Source: Candidatus Aminicenantes bacterium (GTDB taxonomy: Bacteria; Acidobacteriota; Aminicenantia; Aminicenantales; Saccharicenantaceae). Taken from it: 64,000 nt of DNA. Location: assembly GCA_963742235.1 (NCBI GenBank), contig CAVULT010000026.1, positions 277,083-341,082 of the forward strand. The letters are read 5' to 3'. Shown in pieces: positions 26,075 through 33,612 of this stretch. The number at the start of each line of letters is the position of its first letter. Positions within the stretch are counted from its first letter, which is position 1. The notes beneath the pieces are model-generated. The model had not been told where the DNA came from and did no database searches. It saw only the letters and a program-made list of their open reading frames with translations. A program made the translations under genes and the position numbers.

Positions 26075-28162
26075 TTACCGTTTCGGCTCGAGAAGCTTCT
26101 TGAACGCCTCGTCGTCCGTCTTGAAATCGCGGGCGGCCTGGCCCACCCGGACGATGCGGATGCTCCGGATGGCCTCGCCCTTCTTCACCGTCTTCAGGAG
26201 ATCGAGCCCGGCGATCGTCCGGCCGATCGCCGTGGCCGTCTTGTCCAGTCCAGGACGCTTGCGAAGGGTCAGATAGAACGTGTTCGGTCCGGACACGCCG
26301 AGAACGCCGGCGGCGTCGTTTTTGAGGGCTGGGTTCCCCGCCGGCGGCAGCTTGGGGACGGCCACCGACTTCTGGACGTCGGAGACGACGAGCCCGACGA
26401 TGAGGCCGTCGCGCAGGTCGACCTGGCCGATCGGCGGGATCTCGGGCCGCGGCCCCGCTCCGGGAGGTCCGCCGCCCCGAGGGCCCATGCCCGGGCCCCG
26501 CGGCCCGCCGCCTTTCCCCTCGACGATGCGGACGAAGTTCGCCGTCTGAAGGGGCGCATTCACGAAATCGAGGCTGGTCATGATATGGACCGGCGCCTCG
26601 GCGGACCCGAGGGCGATATCGGCGTACAGGCCGTCGGCCAGATAAACCCCCTCCCTCGGGAGCGGCCGGTCGAGGTTGGCCGCGCCGTAGGCGACGACCG
26701 CGGTGACCAGCGCGGACTCCTGCTGTTGCGCCGTGTAGGGCACGAGCTCGCTGTAGAGGTCGGCGAGCGTATGCCAGGCGTGGTTATACGGATAATCCGT
26801 CTGCGTCTGAAAACGGAGCGTCGGCACGGCCTCCATCTCGAACGAGGAGGAATCCGTCCCGCCGGGGCTTGTCGCGTGGGCCCGCGGCACGCCCCTCTCG
26901 AGCTTGAACGGCCAGTTCGGATTGAGCGCGACCAGGGGCGCGGTGATTCGCTTGAAATCGGACTGCCAGGTCTCGGGCACGACCGCTCCGGTGATCGCGC
27001 TGGGGCTGCTGTCCCGGTTGATCATCATCATGATCTTGGCGGCGATGCCGGGGTGGTTCTTGAGCCACGCTTGGGAGCCGATGAGGCCTTGCTCCTCGGC
27101 GGCGAAGAGGATGACGACGATCGACCGTTTCGGCCTGGCGCCGGCCGCCTGGATGAGCCGGATGGCCTCCATCATCGGCCCGAATCCGGACCCGTCATCG
27201 ACGGCGCCCGTCGCCGAGCTGAAACAATCGAAATGCCCGCCGAGGACGACGTACTCGTCCGGGAATTCGGTCCCCCGAAGCGTCGCGACGACGTTGTGAT
27301 ACTTGACCGGCCCCATCTTGAACCAGTTCCGGATGTCGAACTCGAGCTCGACCGGCTCGCCTTTCTCGACGAGGCCTTTGATCTCGTTGTATTGGCCCTC
27401 GGCCAGCTTGATGTCGGGCAGGACCGGGAGCTTGTCCCAGGATTCGGCATAGCCGTCCAGCATCCGGAACGGTTCGGTCTTGGATAGCTGGACGGTCCCG
27501 CGGGCCCCGGCCTCGACGAGCGCCGCGGTGAGCTTGGGGATGAGTTGCGCGTCGGAGTATTCGGCCGTGCCCTTGCGGCCGTCGCGGGCGAAGCCGGTGC
27601 TCTCGCCCGGGATGAGGACCCAGGCGCCCTTGTACCCCGCCGTGTTCGCCCGGACTTCGGCAATGGCCGCGTCGACGGCCGCTCTCTTCTTCTCCACGTC
27701 CTCCGGCTTGGCGTTCCGCCCGGGGATCGAGAACGGGTCGGCCTTCAGGACGACGACCGGACCTCGCTCGGCGCCTTTCGTCCCCGCGGTGAAGCTCGGC
27801 GTCCCGAAGGAGAGAGTCTTTTCGGCCGGCTTGACCATCTTGCCGAACCAGGGGCCGCGGTTGAAGCCGACCGGCACCTCTCCCGCCTCGTCGAGCTCGG
27901 CCTCGAGCCCCCACTGGCGGAATTGCCAGACTGCCCAGGCGGAGGCGTCGCTGTAGGCGTTCGTTCCCGTCTCCCGGCCGCCGAACCGGTTGCTGGCATA
28001 ATCGTTCCAGACCATGACCCGGTTATCCGTCGTGCCGAGCTCGATGATCTTCAGGACGACGGGATCGCCCGCCGTTTGGACAGGCCCCTGGGGGATCGCG
28101 GCGGTCGCCACGGACGCCAGAACGGCCGCGACGATAGCGAACAGAGGGGCGGGTTTTTTCAT
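26075..28162 (-). CDS. Secreted M28-family peptidase fused to a divergent cyclophilin-like C-terminal domain
   Basis: Start at ATG 28162 (GGAAGGAAG SD); MKKPAPLFAIVAAVLASVATAA is a signal peptide. M28 motifs VVLGGHFDCFSSATGAVDDGSGFG and LFAAEEQGLIGSQAW. The last about 200 aa (NAPLQTANFVRIV..., AGVLGVSGPNTFYLTL...LDKTATAIGRTIAGLDLLKTVKKGEAI) align by eye with cyclophilin PPIase motifs and contain a G/P-rich insert, GKGGGPRGPGMGPRGGGPPGAGPRP. Confidence 0.8.
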   Translation of the reverse strand: MKKPAPLFAIVAAVLASVATAAIPQGPVQTAGDPVVLKIIELGTTDNRVMVWNDYASNRFGGRETGTNAYSDASAWAVWQFRQWGLEAELDEAGEVPVGFNRGPWFGKMVKPAEKTLSFGTPSFTAGTKGAERGPVVVLKADPFSIPGRNAKPEDVEKKRAAVDAAIAEVRANTAGYKGAWVLIPGESTGFARDGRKGTAEYSDAQLIPKLTAALVEAGARGTVQLSKTEPFRMLDGYAESWDKLPVLPDIKLAEGQYNEIKGLVEKGEPVELEFDIRNWFKMGPVKYHNVVATLRGTEFPDEYVVLGGHFDCFSSATGAVDDGSGFGPMMEAIRLIQAAGARPKRSIVVILFAAEEQGLIGSQAWLKNHPGIAAKIMMMINRDSSPSAITGAVVPETWQSDFKRITAPLVALNPNWPFKLERGVPRAHATSPGGTDSSSFEMEAVPTLRFQTQTDYPYNHAWHTLADLYSELVPYTAQQQESALVTAVVAYGAANLDRPLPREGVYLADGLYADIALGSAEAPVHIMTSLDFVNAPLQTANFVRIVEGKGGGPRGPGMGPRGGGPPGAGPRPEIPPIGQVDLRDGLIVGLVVSDVQKSVAVPKLPPAGNPALKNDAAGVLGVSGPNTFYLTLRKRPGLDKTATAIGRTIAGLDLLKTVKKGEAIRSIRIVRVGQAARDFKTDDEAFKKLLEPKR

Positions 28163-28193
28163 GGATCTTCCTTCCGGAGCGTTCAATGGCGGA

Positions 28194-28223
28194 ATCATAG
28201 TCTCGCGCGCGAAGCGCTGTCAA
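28194..28223 (-). promoter_or_regulatory. sigma70-like promoter for the M28 / M28 / DUF3795 operon
   Basis: Minus strand: TTGACA-N18-TATGAT, about 30 nt upstream of ATG 28162. Confidence 0.5.
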
Positions 28224-29590
28224 GGACGAGGGCGGCCGGCCTTGGCTCAGCGCCCGGGTTGGCGAACGCATCGACAGGCGGAACCCGGCCGACGATATCC
28301 TGACGAAATCGCTTTGCCTTCAGCGCCTCAAAAAAGGCTTCGACTCGGCAAGAGTCACTTTCCCGCGGCGGGAAGTCCGTCCATCTCGGCCGCGCGAGGG
28401 ATTGTTCGGTCGGCCCATTCGGCCCATCGCGAGCGCCGGGCCTCTCCATCGGCCCGGTCCTCGACCGGCTGGAAGGGCAGCGATTCGGGGCAGGACCCGG
28501 ACTTCGCCGCCAAAGGTCCGAGGCGGGTGACATTGGGTACTGATACATCCGGCCGCGTCCGTCCGGATAGAGATAGGCGGCGACGGCCAGGGCGAGGTCG
28601 TTGAGCGGCGCCGTCGGCGGACCCGTCGTGACGGCCGGGACCTTTCCGGAGGCCGGCCGGATCGGGCACGGCGACCCCGGTCACGGGCTGGCGGTAGGAG
28701 CCGACCCACATCGTCGCCAGATCGGAGGAACCCGGTCCCGTCGGACGGGGTCGTCCTCGAAGACGAGCGGCGGAAACGCTCGGTGTTGCGGTTGATAGTG
28801 TCGGTGGAGTGGACGTAGAGGGGCGCGGCCGGGTCGGCCGGCAGGGGCCGGGCAAGGGGATTCGAATGGTGCTTCTCGTTGACGAGGTCGCGCGAGGCCT
28901 CCCGGAGGAAGAACCGGGCGACGACCGGCCCGAGATCCTGGGCGGCGCTGGGCACTCGACGAATGGCCCCGCCCGAAGCGCCGAGGCTGCCGGCAGACGA
29001 CCACTCGGATCGGGGCGATGTTGGCCGGCTTCTCCCCATTGAGCACTTGGAGCGAGCGTCGGTCACGAAGGATCGGCCGCGATAGCCGCCGAAGCCCGAG
29101 ACCGTCAGCCCGGCCGTGTGGCTGAGCAGCCGGCGCAGCGTGACCTTCTCGGTCTTGGTGAGATCGGTCTCGGGGACTTTCCCGGACGTGAGCTTGGCGT
29201 TGACGTCCTCGTCCAGGACGAGCTTCCTGTAGACCAGCCGGAGCCCGGCCCGCGCTGTCGACCGGCTTGCTGATACGCGGCCTGAAAAAGGGTGTGGCGG
29301 AGTCGCCGGCGTCGCCGTCCCCGACCTCGGCCGCGCCGTAGTCCTCGGCACTCGACGCCCGGCATTGATGAAGGCGATGTTAGCCGGGCACTTTAGGACG
29401 GCCATCAGCTGTGTTATTCGGGCCGGAGGACGCGGGATGACATCGGCGGCAGAAGCCCGTTTTCGCGCGGGCGGCCCGAATTCGACCGCGGCCTGGTCCG
29501 GCTTGACGGACGACTGGGCGGAGAAAGGCGACCGCGACGGCGAAGGGAATGACAAGAGCGCAAAGACGCTTTCGATCCGGCGTGATTCAT
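28195..29590 (-). pseudogene. Decayed beta-lactamase-family serine hydrolase (multiple frameshifts)
   Basis: Start and SD are retained (GAAGGAG-N4-ATG at 29590). Recognisable pieces are scattered over all three minus-strand frames: signal peptide LCALVIPFAVAVAF; DYGAAEVGDGDAGDSATPFF and ISKPV (the S-x-x-K region); GLRLVYRKLVLDEDVNAKL...VTLRRLLSHTAGLTVSGFGGYR; VLNGEKPANIAPIRVV; SSDLATMWV. The 461-aa track ORF 28320..29705 is a chimeric read-through. The 3' boundary is uncertain. Confidence 0.7.
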
Positions 29591-29613
29591 GGGGCTCCTT
29601 CGGATGTCCTCGG

Positions 29614-31413
29614 TTAGGATTCAAGTCGCATCTTAGGAATATACTCCTTGGCGTCCGGTTTTGACCGGCTTCCGCGCGATGATGTCTGCGCGGCGTAAAG
29701 GACAAGGCCGACGGCGGCGGTGGCCATCTTGCGGATCCTCCGGATGACGCCGATGCTCAGGCCGAGCGCCGCGGGGAAGCCCAGGCTCTGAAGGACCAGA
29801 GCATGAGCGCTTTCCATGACCCCGAACTGCCCGGGCACGACAAAAAAGGCGGTATTGATGATCGTCACGCCCGTCGAAATGAACAGGGCCTGGAGGGCGG
29901 AGACGTCGGCGCCGAGGACTCGAAGAATGACATAGACCTCGACCACCCCGAGGAGCCGGCCCACATAATGGCAAGCCACCGCGGCCGCCGTCCTCGGGCT
30001 CAGGCATTCATAGACGACGCGCAGGTTGGCGTCAAGCTCCCGGATGTGCCCCTCCCGCTTGGCGATGAACCCGCGGATGCGCGGAAAGATCTTGGCGACG
30101 TGGCCGAGCGTCCAGAGAAAGCCCTTCAGCTGGAAGACGATGAACAGGGCGATCCCGGCCACGGTGGCTGTGAGGCAGAGCGCGGCGGCCGTGTTGATCC
30201 AGCCGGGGAGCTTGAGCAGGAGCAGGCTGAGGAGGAACCCGGTGACCAGAAAGAGCGCCCCGGCGAAGGCCTCGGCGGTCTTGTCGACGAGGACGGCGGG
30301 GATGCCTTCCTTCAGCGGGACCTGACGCCTGATGAGAAAGGGCCTGGCGGCGTCGCCGCCCACGTTGGCCGTGGGCAGAAGCGCATTCAGGGAATCGCTG
30401 ATGATCTTGGCCCGGAAGAGCCGCCAGTACGAAACCCGCCGGAAATAGGTGGCCTGGATGATATGCCAGGCCCAGGCCTGGAAGAAAAGCCAGCCGAAGC
30501 CGAGGCCGACGATAGCCAGGAACCAGGGCCCGAAGCGCCCGACGTATCCAAGGACCGTGGCCGGGCCGACCTTCCACACCAGGAAGACGAGGAGCAGCAG
30601 CCCGGCGCCGCTCAGAAGGACCCGGACGCCGCGCGGGAATCGTCGGGACGGTCGGAGGGCCCGTGGCGGGCCGGCGAGCCCGGATGCGATGGCCTCTTCG
30701 GCCCGGCCCACGGCCCGCTCGTCATCGACATCGATCCAGAAAAGGCCGCCCGTGTCCCAGGTCCGGGCCCGGCCACGCTCCGCCAGAGCCCGGATGCCTC
30801 CGGAGAGGGAATAGTCGCCCCTCCCCTGACTTATCTCCAGGGCCTCGAACAGGGCCGGCGTGCAAAGGAAGGCGCCCGTGTCGAAGGCATTGTACTCGGG
30901 GATGTTCTTCCCGATGGCGGCGATATATCCGTCGACGTCCCGCACGCGGGTCACGTCGTCGAGGTCGATGTAGGGCTGGCCCGCGGTCCGGCGATCCACG
31001 GCCAGGATGATCTCATCCCCGCCGATCGCCCGGCGTCCCAGTCCGTCGAGAAGGGCCGGATCGAAGATGTGGTCGGACATGATGAGCAGGAACCGTTTCC
31101 CGGCCAGGGCCCTCGCCTTGAGGACCGAGAGCCCGTTCTCCTTTTCCCACTCGTCATTCCGAACGGTTACAATTGAGATCCGGTCGAGCCCGGCCTTCGA
31201 CCGGAGATGATCCTCGACCTCCTCGCCCTTGTACCCCGTCACGACGACGAATTCGCGGACGCCGGCGGCCCGGGCGGCGTCGATGGCTCTGTCGATGAGG
31301 GCCTTCCCGCCGACCTCGAGAAGCGGTTTGACCGCCGCTCGGGCCGCGAGCCGGCTCCCCCGCCCGGCGGCGATGATGACGCATCTCATCTCGCTGACAT
31401 TTTTTGTCATCAT
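29614..31413 (-). CDS. Fusion protein: N-terminal nucleotidyltransferase (CTP:inositol-1-phosphate cytidylyltransferase-like) plus C-terminal flippase-like LPG-synthase-TM (UPF0104) membrane domain
   Basis: 599 aa in one uninterrupted frame. N-terminus RCVIIAAGRGSRL...KPLLEVGGKALIDRAI (G-x-G-S-R-L nucleotidyltransferase loop), LLIMSDHIF, YNAFDTGAFLC. From about aa 260 there are 8 or more hydrophobic helices, with motifs FRAKIISDSLNALLPTANVGGDAARPFL and VPGQFGVMESA, as in the MprF flippase-type domain. Confidence 0.8.
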   Translation of the reverse strand: MMTKNVSEMRCVIIAAGRGSRLAARAAVKPLLEVGGKALIDRAIDAARAAGVREFVVVTGYKGEEVEDHLRSKAGLDRISIVTVRNDEWEKENGLSVLKARALAGKRFLLIMSDHIFDPALLDGLGRRAIGGDEIILAVDRRTAGQPYIDLDDVTRVRDVDGYIAAIGKNIPEYNAFDTGAFLCTPALFEALEISQGRGDYSLSGGIRALAERGRARTWDTGGLFWIDVDDERAVGRAEEAIASGLAGPPRALRPSRRFPRGVRVLLSGAGLLLLVFLVWKVGPATVLGYVGRFGPWFLAIVGLGFGWLFFQAWAWHIIQATYFRRVSYWRLFRAKIISDSLNALLPTANVGGDAARPFLIRRQVPLKEGIPAVLVDKTAEAFAGALFLVTGFLLSLLLLKLPGWINTAAALCLTATVAGIALFIVFQLKGFLWTLGHVAKIFPRIRGFIAKREGHIRELDANLRVVYECLSPRTAAAVACHYVGRLLGVVEVYVILRVLGADVSALQALFISTGVTIINTAFFVVPGQFGVMESAHALVLQSLGFPAALGLSIGVIRRIRKMATAAVGLVLYAAQTSSRGSRSKPDAKEYIPKMRLES

Positions 31414-31449
31414 GGATCGATCGATACTCTTCGTGACGATTTGACACCC

Positions 31450-31478
31450 ATTATAAGGGAGGCCGTCCGGACCTGCAA
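31450..31478 (-). promoter_or_regulatory. sigma70-like promoter for the IPCT-like/flippase-like fusion gene
   Basis: Minus strand: TTGCAG-N17-TATAAT, about 36 nt upstream of ATG 31413. Its -35 coincides with the TTGCA of a possible -24/-12 element, TGGCGCACGTCTTGCA (31474-31489). Confidence 0.5.
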
Positions 31479-31497
31479 GACGTGCGCCAGGGGCGAT

Positions 31498-31527
31498 TTG
31501 GAGAATCCGGAGACCCGGTGCTATAAT
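31498..31527 (+). promoter_or_regulatory. sigma70-like promoter with extended -10 for the CDP-alcohol phosphatidyltransferase / MIPS operon; predicts a leaderless mRNA
   Basis: TTGGAG-N18-TATAAT, with TG one base upstream of the -10 (gTGcTATAAT). ATG 31534 begins only 6 nt after the -10 hexamer and has no SD. Confidence 0.45.
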
Positions 31528-31533
31528 TTATCG

Positions 31534-32235
31534 ATGAGCGACCACCAGGGGGACGTGCCGGGCTTCGATCTCGAGGCGTCCCTCAAGCCTCCTTTGCCGG
31601 CGTGGATGCCCAAGATCGCCAAGCTCGACCGGATCATCAACCGTCCCATCGCCGCTCTGATCGTCCGGGCGGCGCTGCGGCTGAAGCTGCGGCCGAACCA
31701 GATCACCGTGGCCGCGTTCGTCCTCGGCGCGGCCGGGGCCCTCTTCTTCCTCACCGGGAATCGCCAGGGCTTCATTGTCGCCGGCCTCCTCATCTACGCC
31801 GGGACGCTGCTCGACGCGGCGGACGGCATGCTGGCCCGGTCGACGAAGCATTGCACCCGCTTCGGGGCCTACCTCGACCTCTACCTTGACCGGGTCACGG
31901 ATTTCGTCGTTCTCGGGTCCATGGCCGTCGGTTACTATCGCCAGTCGGGCCGACGCGGCTTTTTTATCGTCAGCCTCTTCGGCCTGGCCGCCTATATGCT
32001 TCAGGTCCTCCTCTATTATCTCGAGCGGGAGTACCGCGGGATCTGGACCGGGTCGGGCGCGAGCGGCGATTTCCGCGGGCTCGTCTACATGGGCATCCTG
32101 GTGTTCTCCGTCATCAACCGGCTGGACCTGGTCATCGGAATCCTCGTCTGCATTCCCGTTCTCAACATGATCTATCGCTTCATCCGATTCTGGATGATCG
32201 AGCGCCCGGAGGAGCCCCCTCCGCGAACACTCTGA
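31534..32235 (+). CDS. CDP-alcohol phosphatidyltransferase family protein (DIPPS/PI-synthase-like)
   Basis: Start at ATG 31534; the track N-extension from 31207 is antisense junk. Family signature D-x2-D-G-x2-A-R-x8-G-x3-D-x3-D is seen as DAADGMLARSTKHCTRFGAYLDLYLDRVTD. Multiple TM helices. Confidence 0.85.
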   Translation: MSDHQGDVPGFDLEASLKPPLPAWMPKIAKLDRIINRPIAALIVRAALRLKLRPNQITVAAFVLGAAGALFFLTGNRQGFIVAGLLIYAGTLLDAADGMLARSTKHCTRFGAYLDLYLDRVTDFVVLGSMAVGYYRQSGRRGFFIVSLFGLAAYMLQVLLYYLEREYRGIWTGSGASGDFRGLVYMGILVFSVINRLDLVIGILVCIPVLNMIYRFIRFWMIERPEEPPPRTL

Positions 32236-32262
32236 CCTCCGGAAATTGAAAGGGGACTCACC

Positions 32263-33600
32263 ATGTCCGCAATACGAAGAGGGAGCGACATCGCTCCGGC
32301 CCGCGGCAAGCTCGGCGTTCTGATTCCCGGAATCGGCGCGGTGTCCTCGACGCTCCTGACCGGGCTCTTCTCCGCTCGCAAGGGCCTGGCCCGTCCCATC
32401 GGCTCCCTGACCCAGATGGGGAAGATCCGCCTGGGGAAGAGGACCGAGGGCCGCGTCGTGCCCATCAAGGAGTTCATCGGCCTGGCCGACCCGGCCGACA
32501 TGGTCTTCGGCGGATGGGATTGCTTCCCCGATTCGGCCTACGAGGCGGCCCGCAAGGCCGAGGTCCTCAAGCCGGAGCACATCGAGGCGGTCCGGGACGA
32601 GCTCGAGGCGATCCAGCCGATGCCGGCCGTCTTCGACCGGAAGTTCGTCCAGAACCTCGACGGCCGTCACGTCAAGAAAGCGGCCACGAAGATGGACCTG
32701 GCCGAGATGCTGATGAAGGACATCGATGACTTCCGGTCGCGGCACCAGACGTCGCGCCTGGTCATGTGCTGGACGGCCTCGACCGAAGCCTACCGGGCGG
32801 CCCAGGGCGTCCACGCCTCGGTCCCGGCCTTCGAGGCGGGCCTCAAGGCGAACTCCCCGGAGATCAGCCCCAGCCAGATCTACGCCTATGCCGCGCTCAA
32901 GATGGGCCTTCCGTACATCAACGGCGCCCCTCACGTCACCACGGATTGCCCGGCCCTCCTCGAGCTGGCCGCGGAGAAGAGCCTGCCCGTCTGCGGCAAG
33001 GACTTCAAGACGGGCCAGACGCTGATGAAGACCATCCTCGCGCCGGGCCTCGCGGCCCGGCTGCTGGGCATCTCGGGCTGGTTCTCGACGAACATCCTCG
33101 GCAACCGGGACGGGGAGGTCCTCGACAACCCCGAGTCGTTCCGCTCCAAGGAGATCTCCAAGCTCGGCGTCCTCGATACGATCCTCCGGCCCGACCTTTA
33201 TCCGGAGCTGTACGGGGACTTCTATCACAAGGTCCGGATCAACTATTACCCGCCCCGCGGCGACAACAAGGAATCCTGGGACAACATCGACATCTACGGC
33301 TGGATGGACTACCCGATGCAGATCAAGATCAACTTCCTCTGCCGCGATTCAATCTTGGCCGCGCCGGTCGTCCTCGATCTCATCCTGTTCACCGACCTGG
33401 CCGCGCGGGCCGGGATGTACGGCATCCAGGAATGGCTGTCGTTCTATTTCAAGAGCCCGATGACCCGCGAGGGCCTCTACCCCGAAAACGACCTGTTCGT
33501 CCAGCAGAGCAAGCTCATGAATACGCTCCGCTACCTGATGCGCGAGGAGCTCATCCACCACACCGGGCTCGATTACTACTACGACCTCGAAAAGAGCTAG
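32263..33600 (+). CDS. ino1: myo-Inositol-3-phosphate synthase (MIPS)
   Basis: 445 aa. GVLIPGIGAVSSTL (NAD-binding N-terminus), INGAPHVT, LPVCGKDFKTGQTLMKTILAPGL, WFSTNILGNRDGEVL and SKEISK are conserved MIPS blocks. Confidence 0.9.
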   Translation: MSAIRRGSDIAPARGKLGVLIPGIGAVSSTLLTGLFSARKGLARPIGSLTQMGKIRLGKRTEGRVVPIKEFIGLADPADMVFGGWDCFPDSAYEAARKAEVLKPEHIEAVRDELEAIQPMPAVFDRKFVQNLDGRHVKKAATKMDLAEMLMKDIDDFRSRHQTSRLVMCWTASTEAYRAAQGVHASVPAFEAGLKANSPEISPSQIYAYAALKMGLPYINGAPHVTTDCPALLELAAEKSLPVCGKDFKTGQTLMKTILAPGLAARLLGISGWFSTNILGNRDGEVLDNPESFRSKEISKLGVLDTILRPDLYPELYGDFYHKVRINYYPPRGDNKESWDNIDIYGWMDYPMQIKINFLCRDSILAAPVVLDLILFTDLAARAGMYGIQEWLSFYFKSPMTREGLYPENDLFVQQSKLMNTLRYLMREELIHHTGLDYYYDLEKS

Positions 33601-33612
33601 GCGCCCGCCCGC

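Noticed and set aside
28320-29705. 461-aa minus-strand ORF that could be taken as a real gene overlapping the 3' end of the IPCT-like fusion gene.
   Set aside because: Only short islands look protein-like (e.g. VTLRRLLSHTAGL). Neighbouring pieces of the same hydrolase family lie in the other two frames. I interpret it as read-through of a multi-frameshift pseudogene.
31474-31489. TGGCGCACGTCTTGCA as an eighth sigma54-type promoter, for the IPCT-like fusion gene.
   Set aside because: Its TTGCA coincides with the -35 of a near-perfect TTGCAG-N17-TATAAT sigma70-type promoter, and the -24 box has a mismatch (TGGCGC). It cannot be distinguished from the sigma70 reading using sequence alone, so it is not counted.
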